NCBI GenBank assembly: GCA_049975265.1
Contig: JBNGDF010000005.1
Coordinates: forward strand, 82,754 to 114,285
DNA length: 31,532 nucleotides
Direction of reading: 5' to 3'
Origin: Fidelibacterota bacterium
Lineage (GTDB): Bacteria > Fidelibacterota > UBA2242
Under the pieces are notes generated by a model that saw only the letters and a list, made by a program, of their open reading frames with translations, made no database searches and had not been told where the DNA came from. The first letter of the stretch is position 1; the number at the start of each line of letters is the position of its first letter. Both the position numbers and the translations under genes were made by a program. Shown here piece after piece: positions 1 to 7,301 of the stretch.

Positions 1-924
1 ATTACCATTAATTCGGTGACAACCGGAGAACAGGTTCGCCCATCTGTGGCGATGACGTCAGACAGCACGTTTGTTGTCGTCTGGGAAGATGACAGCAACG
101 ACGATAGTATATCGGAAATCATGCTGGCTGGGTTCGGGATTGATGGTAGCAGACATTTTAATGATATGTCGGTAAATGCACAGTCCGGTGGAGCGCAGAA
201 GAATCCCGATCTGGCGGTATCTTCGGATAATTCGCTGGTTATTGTGTGGGAAAGCGGCGATGACAATGATGGTTTGTCCCAAATAAAAGCGGTGGTATTG
301 AATGATACTGGCAGCGTAAAATTGCCGGAGATGACGGTCAATGCCAAAAGCAGCGGACATCATCAGAATCCGTCAATTGATGTCAATTCCTCCGGTGATT
401 TTATCATTGTCTGGGAAGATGATAGTGATGGGGACGGGAATTATGAGATTCACGCCGCCGGTTTTAACGATCAGGGTGTAAAGCTATTCGGCGATGTGAC
501 GGTTCATGCTGTCACCGCCGGACAGCAACTTCGACCGTCGGTTGCCCTGGCGGAAACGGGTGATTTTGTTGTCACATTTCAGGATGATAATGACGGGAAC
601 GGCTATTTTCAGATTTATGCTGCGGAGTTTAATGCTAATGGAAACCGCCGGGAACGGGGCGTTTTCACAGTAAATGAAAATGCCAGGGGGCAGCAGTTTG
701 ATCCGGTGATTGCCCTTCACAATGTTGAGAATTATATCGTTCTCTGGGAAGATGATATGAACAATAACAATATTTTTGAAATTCTGGTGAAGGGATACGA
801 CTACGGGCAGGCTTTCATTACCCAAATATCTTCAACTGCAATGCAGATCCCGGCGGATCTTACATTATCCCAGAATTATCCAAATCCCTTTAACGGTATG
901 ACAAAAATCGGTTTTTCACTTTGA
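1..924 (+). CDS. 5'-truncated secreted repeat protein (five ~55-aa repeats with DxDxDG-like loops), ending in the first part of a T9SS type-A CTD; interrupted by an in-frame TGA at 922-924
   Basis: Frame is open from base 1 (ATT ACC ATT AAT TCG GTG...). Repeats follow VN..x.G.Q..P.VA...G.FVVVWEDD.D.DG...I. CTD start LSQNYPNPFN...KIGFSL precedes the TGA. Confidence 0.8.
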   Translation: MTINSVTTGEQVRPSVAMTSDSTFVVVWEDDSNDDSISEIMLAGFGIDGSRHFNDMSVNAQSGGAQKNPDLAVSSDNSLVIVWESGDDNDGLSQIKAVVLNDTGSVKLPEMTVNAKSSGHHQNPSIDVNSSGDFIIVWEDDSDGDGNYEIHAAGFNDQGVKLFGDVTVHAVTAGQQLRPSVALAETGDFVVTFQDDNDGNGYFQIYAAEFNANGNRRERGVFTVNENARGQQFDPVIALHNVENYIVLWEDDMNNNNIFEILVKGYDYGQAFITQISSTAMQIPADLTLSQNYPNPFNGMTKIGFSL

Positions 925-1116
925 AAATCAGATATGGTTCAATTGAGAGTCTTTAATTTTCTCGGGGAACAGGTCGCTGTTTTAGTGAATCGCCGACTGG
1001 CACCGGGTAAGTATACGACCGCCTGGAATCCCGAGAATCTCGCTTCGGGTATTTATCTATATGAGTTGCGGATTGGAGGTGGAAAGATAACTCAGAAGAT
1101 GATGCTGGTGAAGTAA
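925..1116 (+). CDS. Remainder of the T9SS type-A CTD, in the same frame as 1..924 after the TGA
   Basis: The frame continues AAA TCA GAT ATG... = KSDMVQLRVFNFLGEQVAVLVN...LASGIYLYEL...TQKMMLVK, the typical CTD end. Confidence 0.8.
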   Translation, partial: KSDMVQLRVFNFLGEQVAVLVNRRLAPGKYTTAWNPENLASGIYLYELRIGGGKITQKMMLVK

Positions 1117-1163
1117 AGGCATCGGATCCTCCCAAAGAGTCTCAATCCAGAATGCTTCCCGGT

Positions 1164-1191
1164 TTGATTGTGGATTAAGTCTTTTTAAATT
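1164..1191 (+). promoter_or_regulatory. Possible sigma70-type promoter for the racemase gene
   Basis: TTGATT-N16-TAAATT, about 10 nt upstream of ATG 1202. Confidence 0.3.
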
Positions 1192-1201
1192 CTCTTTTTT
1201 C

Positions 1202-2755
1202 ATGTATTTTCCGACTATGCAGCGATTTTTTAGTTATCGGAAAGTCACGCTTAAGTGGGCGATCATCATCTGGCTGGGAGGATGGAGTACTTTTCAATCT
1301 TGTAGCTCTTCTGACAGTTGCGCTATTCTCGATTCAATTTTAAATGATGAGACCAGTTTTTTCTATCTGGATGTTCGGCGGTATCCGCAATCCGACCCGA
1401 CGCTGCCGGTGGGTATTTTTGATTCCGGGACAGGCGGCTTGACGGTTTTGGATGCGATTGTCCGGTTTGATGAATTTGACAACCGGACGGGTGATGCGAT
1501 TGACGGCGGTGACGCGCTACCCGATTTTCAGAAGGAGTGGTTTATCTATCTGGGCGATCAGGCGAACATGCCCTATGGGAACTATGCTGCGGAAGATAAT
1601 ACGGAATTGCTGCGGGAACACATCATCAAAGATGTCCAGTTTTTACTTGGGAATAAATATTATCGCTCGGCGGAATCGGTGACCTGTGAGAATGATAAAA
1701 TGCCGGTTAAATCCATCGTGATTGCCTGTAATACAGCCACCGCTGTGGGGAAAGAATTCATCGAGTCCTTTATTGAGAAGGCAGGTCTGGATATCCGGGT
1801 AATCGGCGTCATCGGTGCGGGGGTACGCGGTGCATTCCAGCATATCCGGGAAAATGAAAATAGCAGTATCGGTATCATGGCGACCGCCGGTACGATTGCA
1901 TCGGAAGGATATACACATGCAATCGAAGGCCATATCCAGGAACATGGATACAGCGGAAACATCGCCGTGTTTCAGCAAGCCGGCATCGGACTTGCTGGTG
2001 CGATTGATGGGTTCAGCGAATACATACTTCCCGATGGAACAGTGCCGGATGCAAATTACCGCGGTCCGGCATTTCGGCATTCTGCCGCAGTAATCGACAG
2101 GGCGATTATGGCACGCTACGATTTCGATTGGAATGAAAACCGCATATTGTACTCCGGCAGCCGGGAAAATCCGGAAACGATTCAGTTGAATTCTGTGGAG
2201 AATTACATTAGATATCATATTGTATCTTTACTGGAACAGGTTCGCAAGTCACCCCGGGCGACACCACTGAAGGTCATTATTCTGGGGTGTACGCATTATC
2301 CCTTTTACAGCGCCCAGATTCGGGAGCAGCTGCAGCGTCTGTATCATTACCAGGAAAACGGGCAGCCGGTTTATCGCAGCTGTATGGCAGACACGATAAT
2401 GCTGATCGATCCGGCGGAAAATACCGCCCGGGAGCTGTATAAATATCTCCGGGAAAGGCAGTTAGTGAATTACGCCGGTCTCGACCGAAGTGAGTTTTAT
2501 ATCAGTATACCAAACCGAGCCAACCCGGCGGTTCGGCTGGATACAGCGGGTAATTTCACCTACAAATATAAGTACCACCGTCGCGTTGGTGATATCCAGG
2601 AGTATGTCAGGCGGGTTCCCTTTAGCCGGATGACCCTCGATGAACAGGTCATACGGCGACTGCAGAAGAGGGTGCCGATGGTCTATCAACTGATCTGCGA
2701 ATTCAACCGGTCAAATCCGAAAACCCGCTTTCTTTCCCCGCTGGAACGGCTGTAA
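1202..2755 (+). CDS. Asp/Glu racemase family (glutamate racemase MurI-like) protein, 517 aa, with putative lipoprotein signal and large insertions
   Basis: Motifs FDSGTGGLTV, GDQANMPYG, ACNTATA, ATAGT, LGCTHYP and IDPA; both catalytic Cys are present. N-terminal RK, a hydrophobic stretch, then FQSC. Start could be ATG 1202 or the next in-frame ATG (MQRFF). Confidence 0.85.
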   Translation: MYFPTMQRFFSYRKVTLKWAIIIWLGGWSTFQSCSSSDSCAILDSILNDETSFFYLDVRRYPQSDPTLPVGIFDSGTGGLTVLDAIVRFDEFDNRTGDAIDGGDALPDFQKEWFIYLGDQANMPYGNYAAEDNTELLREHIIKDVQFLLGNKYYRSAESVTCENDKMPVKSIVIACNTATAVGKEFIESFIEKAGLDIRVIGVIGAGVRGAFQHIRENENSSIGIMATAGTIASEGYTHAIEGHIQEHGYSGNIAVFQQAGIGLAGAIDGFSEYILPDGTVPDANYRGPAFRHSAAVIDRAIMARYDFDWNENRILYSGSRENPETIQLNSVENYIRYHIVSLLEQVRKSPRATPLKVIILGCTHYPFYSAQIREQLQRLYHYQENGQPVYRSCMADTIMLIDPAENTARELYKYLRERQLVNYAGLDRSEFYISIPNRANPAVRLDTAGNFTYKYKYHRRVGDIQEYVRRVPFSRMTLDEQVIRRLQKRVPMVYQLICEFNRSNPKTRFLSPLERL

Positions 2756-2817
2756 GAAGGCAGCTTACACTTCAATAAATTTCATTAATTATACTAACGT
2801 CGGTAATCCGGCATCCA

Positions 2818-2847
2818 GACAACTTTTTTCCGGGTAGTTGCGTCTTA
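2818..2847 (+). promoter_or_regulatory. Putative ECF-sigma promoter upstream of the DUF2807 gene
   Basis: GACAAC-N17-CGTCTTA, matching the AAC/CGT(C) ECF pattern. AG-rich RBS (GAGGAAGGGAG) lies downstream. Confidence 0.45.
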
Positions 2848-2890
2848 CGGATAACTGTTTGCTGAAATTGAGAGGAAGGGAGAGATAATC

Positions 2891-3622
2891 ATGAAACGCA
2901 AAGATTTTTTCATTCAATTGACCGGCTGGATCATACTGCTTCTGCTCATAATCAGTCCGGCGATATTGTCGGCAAAATCCATCTGGGGTATTGGCAAAAC
3001 GGTGACGATTCAAAAAGATTATCAGGATTTTGATAAGGTCGAAATTTCAAGTGCCTTCAAAGCCCGCATTCTTCAGGGTAAAGTGTACAATGTGACCCTG
3101 CAGGTGGATGAAGACCCCCGGGATTATATTGTGGTCGAAAAACGGGGACGCACCCTGCATATCGGTTTAAAAAACCACCGCTCCTGTTGCAACGGTTCGC
3201 TGGAGGCGGAGATCACCATGCCGGATATTGGGGAGCTTGGCTTGAGTGGCGCATCATCGGCGGTATTAGAGGGATTTAGTTTTAAACACGATCTGGTCCT
3301 CAACCTATCGGGTGCCAGTCGGGTGGAAGGTCTGATTGGGACCGGCAATCTCGATTTGAATCTGTCGGGTGCCAGCAATGTCACCTTGAAAGGACGGGGT
3401 GAAAATCTGCTTATTCATGCCAGCGGTGCCAGCAACGTCAGGATGGGTGATTTCTGTAGCAATGATGCCAATCTGTATCTGAGCGGCGCCAGTAATTGTG
3501 TGATTAATATTGATGGTGAAATGGATGTCCGCGCCAGCGGTTCTTCCAAGGTTAAGTATTGCGGAGAGGGTGAGATCAGCACGATTGAATCCAGCGGTTT
3601 CTCGAGAGTCAGTCGGTTATAA
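2891..3622 (+). CDS. DUF2807 / head GIN-domain exported protein
   Basis: Signal peptide, FDKVEIS, repeated LSGAS/ASGAS beta-solenoid units, and C-terminal ASGSSKVKY...SSGFSRV. Confidence 0.85.
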   Translation: MKRKDFFIQLTGWIILLLLIISPAILSAKSIWGIGKTVTIQKDYQDFDKVEISSAFKARILQGKVYNVTLQVDEDPRDYIVVEKRGRTLHIGLKNHRSCCNGSLEAEITMPDIGELGLSGASSAVLEGFSFKHDLVLNLSGASRVEGLIGTGNLDLNLSGASNVTLKGRGENLLIHASGASNVRMGDFCSNDANLYLSGASNCVINIDGEMDVRASGSSKVKYCGEGEISTIESSGFSRVSRL

Positions 3623-3639
3623 CATGACATTCCTGCTGG

Positions 3640-3668
3640 AAAAGCCCCGATTGTTCGGGGCTTTTTTT
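3640..3668 (+). terminator. Rho-independent terminator (potentially bidirectional)
   Basis: AAAAGCCCCGA-TTGT-TCGGGGCTTTT hairpin ending in a T7 tract, 18 nt after the stop. Confidence 0.9.
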
Positions 3669-3764
3669 ATTGTTGTCCGGGATCTGTGCGGCATTCAAGC
3701 CGATCGCAGCGGACAAAGGTCAATTTAAAATCCACCTTACATTCCCAACACTCGGTTGTTTTTT

Positions 3765-3804
3765 TCAGATACAATGATGCGTATCCGTTTTATCATGTAT
3801 CTGA
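3765..3804. promoter_or_regulatory. Inverted repeat upstream of the CotH gene (candidate operator or RNA hairpin)
   Basis: TCAGATACA(A)TGAT-N13-ATCATGTATCTGA: 13 bp arms with one bulged A. Confidence 0.4.
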
Positions 3805-3853
3805 TGCGCAATTTGCTTATCTTATTATTGATGAGAAGCGGGAAAAAGTTGCC

Positions 3854-5986
3854 ATGCTGGCGGTGGTGGGACTGTTTATTATTGGGGGAAGCGTGGTATT
3901 TGCCGACGACAATTCCTGGATGGTCTACGACGACACAGAGATAGCGGAAATCCGGATCAGTATTGATCCCGCAGCCCTGGAATGGATCTACACCTGGGAA
4001 AATCGCCAGAGCGACTCGCTGCATTTGGCGCAGGTTCACTTTAAGAATAAATACATTGATGAAACGGTTGAAAATATCGGCTTTCGTTTGCGTGGTAACA
4101 CTTCTTGGGATTCACAGAAAAAATCCTTTAAAATCTCCTTCAATACCTTTGTACCGGGACGGGAGTTTTACGGATTGGATAAGATGAATCTGAACGGCGA
4201 GCATAATGATCCGTCCATTATTCGCAGTAAAATCTGCTGGGACTGGTTCAACGATATCGGTCTGATCACCAGTCGGGCGGCGCATGCGGCGGTCTATATC
4301 AATGATGAATATTACGGGCTGTATGTCTCTGTCGAACACATTGATGATGAATTTGTGGATAAACGCTTTGCCGATCCATCCGGCAATCTCTGGAAATGTC
4401 TCTGGCCGGCGAATTTACATTACCGTAGTCCGAATCCCGAGGATTATCACCCGTACCATGATGCCGAGCGCCCCTACGAATTGAAAACCAACGAGGAAGA
4501 GTATGACTACAGTCAGCTGGCACGCCTGATTGATATTCTGAATAATACACCGGAGGCTGACTTTGTGGATTCCATCGAGCAAATTCTGGCGGTTCCCGAA
4601 GTGCTGAAATATTTTGCCATGAATATCCTGACCGGCAGCTGGGACGATTACCGCTTCCTGCAAAATAATTACTATCTTTATCACGAACCGGCACTGGACA
4701 AATTTCATTTGATTCCCTATGATTATGACAACACCTTCGGAATTGACTGGTTCAATACCGATTGGTCAACCGTTGATCCCTATGATTATCCGGTTAATGA
4801 CGATGATGGACGACCGTTGTTGCGGATTCTGGAAATACCGGAGTACCGGAATCTGTATACTCACATGCTGGAGTTTTATTCACAGCATGTGACGGATTTG
4901 GCGCTGAATGAAGCCCGGATTGACAGCCTCAAAGCGGGGATCACTCCCTGGGCAGAAGCCGACCTTTACAGGACCTTTGATTATGGCTTTACCAATGACG
5001 ATTTTCATCAGTCGTATACTTCAAAACCTGCAAATGGCGACCATGTTAAATTCGGTTTAAAAGAGTTTATCACTGCCCGCAACACTTCGCTGCCGGACCA
5101 GTTGGAATATCTCAATTCGTTCCCGATCATTTATCATTTGGATTATCAGCCCCGGCAGCCGGGTCCCGAAGATTCGATTTATGTCACGGTGGCAGCCTTC
5201 AGTTCGACGAATATTCCGGCGATGGAGATTCAATATCATCCGGGGCAGCTGACAGTTACCGAATATTACTCCATGGTTCCCGATCCGGTCTCTGATACAA
5301 AAATCCTGGAGGCTGCTGATCGCTGGACTGGTGTCATTCCGCCGCTGGACGCGGGTGACTTCGGTGGCTTTATGGTCAGGGTGACAGGGATAGAGACGGA
5401 TTTGTCAAGATTTCCGCGCACAGGATTAATCGAAATCCGTGTCGTAGAAACTCAGGATAATTCTCTGAGGATCAATGAATTTTTAGCCAGCAATAGTTAT
5501 ACGAATACCGATCAGGACGGCGAATATGACGACTGGTTGGAGTTGATCAATCTGGGTGAACAGGCGGTGGTGCTGAGCGGTCTGTACCTCACGGATAAAC
5601 CGGATAATCTGACCAAGTGGCAGTTTCCACCCGGCAGCGCCGCACTGGAGCCGGGTGAATTGTTACTGGTCTGGTGCGATGAAGATGAAGAGCAGAGCGG
5701 TTATCACACCAATTTCAAACTCAGTGCCGGTGGCGAGTTTCTCGCGATTGTGGCGGAAGATGGCGTATCGGTGATCGATTCTCTGAGATTCGGAGAGCAG
5801 GAAGAAGATGTGTCATTTGGTCGATTCCCGGATGGTGCGGACAGCTGGCAATTCTTTACCGCACCGACGCCGGGGGCCCCAACCAGTTCGGAAACGGAAA
5901 AGCTGCAGACCGGCTGGCAGCCGGGTTTCAGCTGTTCTGCAATTTCCCCAATCCATTCAACGCAGTCACCACCATTCAATATATGA
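3854..5986 (+). CDS. CotH kinase family protein with lamin-tail domain (LTD); frameshifted at ~5872-5880 before its CTD
   Basis: CotH motifs RLRGNTS..KKSFKI, EHNDPS, YYGLY..VE, NNYYLY and IPYDYDNTFG. LTD INEFLASN..DGEYDDWLEL...PTPGAP. The signal-like segment MLAVVGLFIIGGSVVFA suggests a start at 3854 rather than 3686. Confidence 0.85.
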   Translation: MLAVVGLFIIGGSVVFADDNSWMVYDDTEIAEIRISIDPAALEWIYTWENRQSDSLHLAQVHFKNKYIDETVENIGFRLRGNTSWDSQKKSFKISFNTFVPGREFYGLDKMNLNGEHNDPSIIRSKICWDWFNDIGLITSRAAHAAVYINDEYYGLYVSVEHIDDEFVDKRFADPSGNLWKCLWPANLHYRSPNPEDYHPYHDAERPYELKTNEEEYDYSQLARLIDILNNTPEADFVDSIEQILAVPEVLKYFAMNILTGSWDDYRFLQNNYYLYHEPALDKFHLIPYDYDNTFGIDWFNTDWSTVDPYDYPVNDDDGRPLLRILEIPEYRNLYTHMLEFYSQHVTDLALNEARIDSLKAGITPWAEADLYRTFDYGFTNDDFHQSYTSKPANGDHVKFGLKEFITARNTSLPDQLEYLNSFPIIYHLDYQPRQPGPEDSIYVTVAAFSSTNIPAMEIQYHPGQLTVTEYYSMVPDPVSDTKILEAADRWTGVIPPLDAGDFGGFMVRVTGIETDLSRFPRTGLIEIRVVETQDNSLRINEFLASNSYTNTDQDGEYDDWLELINLGEQAVVLSGLYLTDKPDNLTKWQFPPGSAALEPGELLLVWCDEDEEQSGYHTNFKLSAGGEFLAIVAEDGVSVIDSLRFGEQEEDVSFGRFPDGADSWQFFTAPTPGAPTSSETEKLQTGWQPGFSCSAISPIHSTQSPPFNI

Positions 5987-6183
5987 TTACGAAAGAGTCA
6001 GCTATCCGGATCAACATTCGGAAAATCAATGGTCAGCTGGTCCAAACTCTCTGTGACGGTGTCCGATCACCGGGCAAGCATCGCATCCAATGGGATGCCG
6101 CAGCATTAAGTTCCGGAATTTATTTTTGTGAATTGATGGTGGACCAGTCCAGAGCTATTCAAAAAATGATAATGTTGAAGTAG
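5881..6183 (+). CDS. Linker plus T9SS type-A CTD belonging to the CotH gene, in the -1 frame
   Basis: From 5881 the frame reads NQFGNGKAADRLAAGFQLFCNFPNPFNAVTTIQYMIT...LSSGIYFCEL...QKMIMLK*. One extra base in GGGGGCCCC restores the canonical TPGAPN. Confidence 0.8.
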   Translation, partial: NQFGNGKAADRLAAGFQLFCNFPNPFNAVTTIQYMITKESAIRINIRKINGQLVQTLCDGVRSPGKHRIQWDAAALSSGIYFCELMVDQSRAIQKMIMLK

Positions 6184-6186
6184 CGT

Positions 6187-6561
6187 TCAGTCAGACTGAC
6201 TCTTGAAGCGGTTGATCAGCTCCGGGATGCGTTCGATGCCGGAAGCAATATCAACGAAGAAGTCCGAACCGGCATCTTTTAAGAGGTTCTCAAAGGTTTT
6301 ATCGCTGAATTCAGTGAGTGAAATGATTTTGGTCTGCGGGCGGATAGTTTTAACGGCACGGATCATCTCGAGCAGTGTTCCCCGCAATGAATAGGTGTTG
6401 ATAATGATGACATCGGGGGCGGTATGGTAGATATCCATCAGAAGATTGTCGAAGGTGGCGATGACGGTGATGCTGTCGCATTTTTTGTCGATGATCCGCT
6501 CGGTCAGCTTATACAGCCGCTTGTAAATAATTTCCGAATCGTCGATTATGAGAATTTTCAT
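6187..6561 (-). CDS. Stand-alone atypical (pseudo-)receiver domain protein, 124 aa
   Basis: MKILIIDDS start. The phosphoacceptor position reads PDVIIIN (Asn), and the conserved Lys is absent (FFVDI). No output domain. Confidence 0.75.
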   Translation of the reverse strand: MKILIIDDSEIIYKRLYKLTERIIDKKCDSITVIATFDNLLMDIYHTAPDVIIINTYSLRGTLLEMIRAVKTIRPQTKIISLTEFSDKTFENLLKDAGSDFFVDIASGIERIPELINRFKSQSD

Positions 6562-6765
6562 GGAATTTCCCTTGTTTGAAAAAGCGTTCAGAGGATTGAT
6601 TTCGGTTTCCTTTTGCATAACGTACATCGCGTGACTCCGTTTTGACATACTAAAAATAATGGATCAGTGCCTCTGTCAGTATCCCTCTGAGTTGTAAATT
6701 TTTGTCGGAAACCAGCGATTTTCTGGTAGCGATTTCTCTATTCCCATGTGAAAAAACGATCTGCC

Positions 6766-7149
6766 TTAGTGTTTCTGAGTCTTCCGGGCTTCGGAGGTCA
6801 GTGAAGATAAGACCTGGTAAATTTTTTCAAAATCTGTGGTTTTGTCAAAAAAGCATTCAATCTTGCGGTCCCGGCACATCTTTCGGTACCGGCCGGTTGG
6901 ATAATTTGTCAGGATGAGGGTGAAGGGGCGATAGGAATCGGTAACGACCCGATCATATATCTCAAAGCCGAGCCCGTCGGAAAATTGGATATCCAGAATG
7001 ATGATGTCGGGATTCAGCCGGTGGATGAGCGAAATGGCTTCGCTGATACCGGCGGCTTCCCCGCAAATCTCAATATCCGGCACACGCATGATGAAACGTT
7101 TGAGACGCTGCCTCAAAATATCAGAATCATCTGCGATAAAAACATTCAT
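6766..7149 (-). CDS. Stand-alone response regulator receiver (NarL-like REC, no HTH), 127 aa
   Basis: MNVFIADDS, GEA, PDIIILDIQ (Asp), LTN (Thr), FFDK (Lys). Start moved from 7305 to ATG 7149. Confidence 0.85.
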   Translation of the reverse strand: MNVFIADDSDILRQRLKRFIMRVPDIEICGEAAGISEAISLIHRLNPDIIILDIQFSDGLGFEIYDRVVTDSYRPFTLILTNYPTGRYRKMCRDRKIECFFDKTTDFEKIYQVLSSLTSEARKTQKH

Positions 7150-7301
7150 TATAAAATTAAGCCTGAAGAAAATTTTACGGTCAAAATTTTTATATGGCTG
7201 TAAAACGACTTGCACAAATCGTGTCGCTTTTCGGCGATGTTTGTGTAGCGGAACCGCTACATTGTTATTTACCTGCTCAAGTAGATGGAGCCGGGTATAC
7301 A

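Noticed and set aside
922..924. Genome-wide UGA reassignment (code 4 or 25)
   Set aside because: TGA ends many genes here (7302, 9748, 11369, 21273, 21832, 26580), several in ATGA overlaps, and long ORFs are intact under code 11.
922..990. Selenocysteine at the in-frame TGA
   Set aside because: The position is not a Cys or redox site in CTDs, and only a weak 4-bp stem (GAGA/TCTC) follows, not a convincing SECIS.
3686..3853. N-terminal 56 aa of the predicted CotH ORF
   Set aside because: It precedes the signal-like segment, lies in AT-rich intergenic-like sequence and has no domain character.
6664..6740. Short repeats between the receiver genes (TCAG-N7-CTGA, AGCGATTT twice)
   Set aside because: Too short to distinguish from chance.
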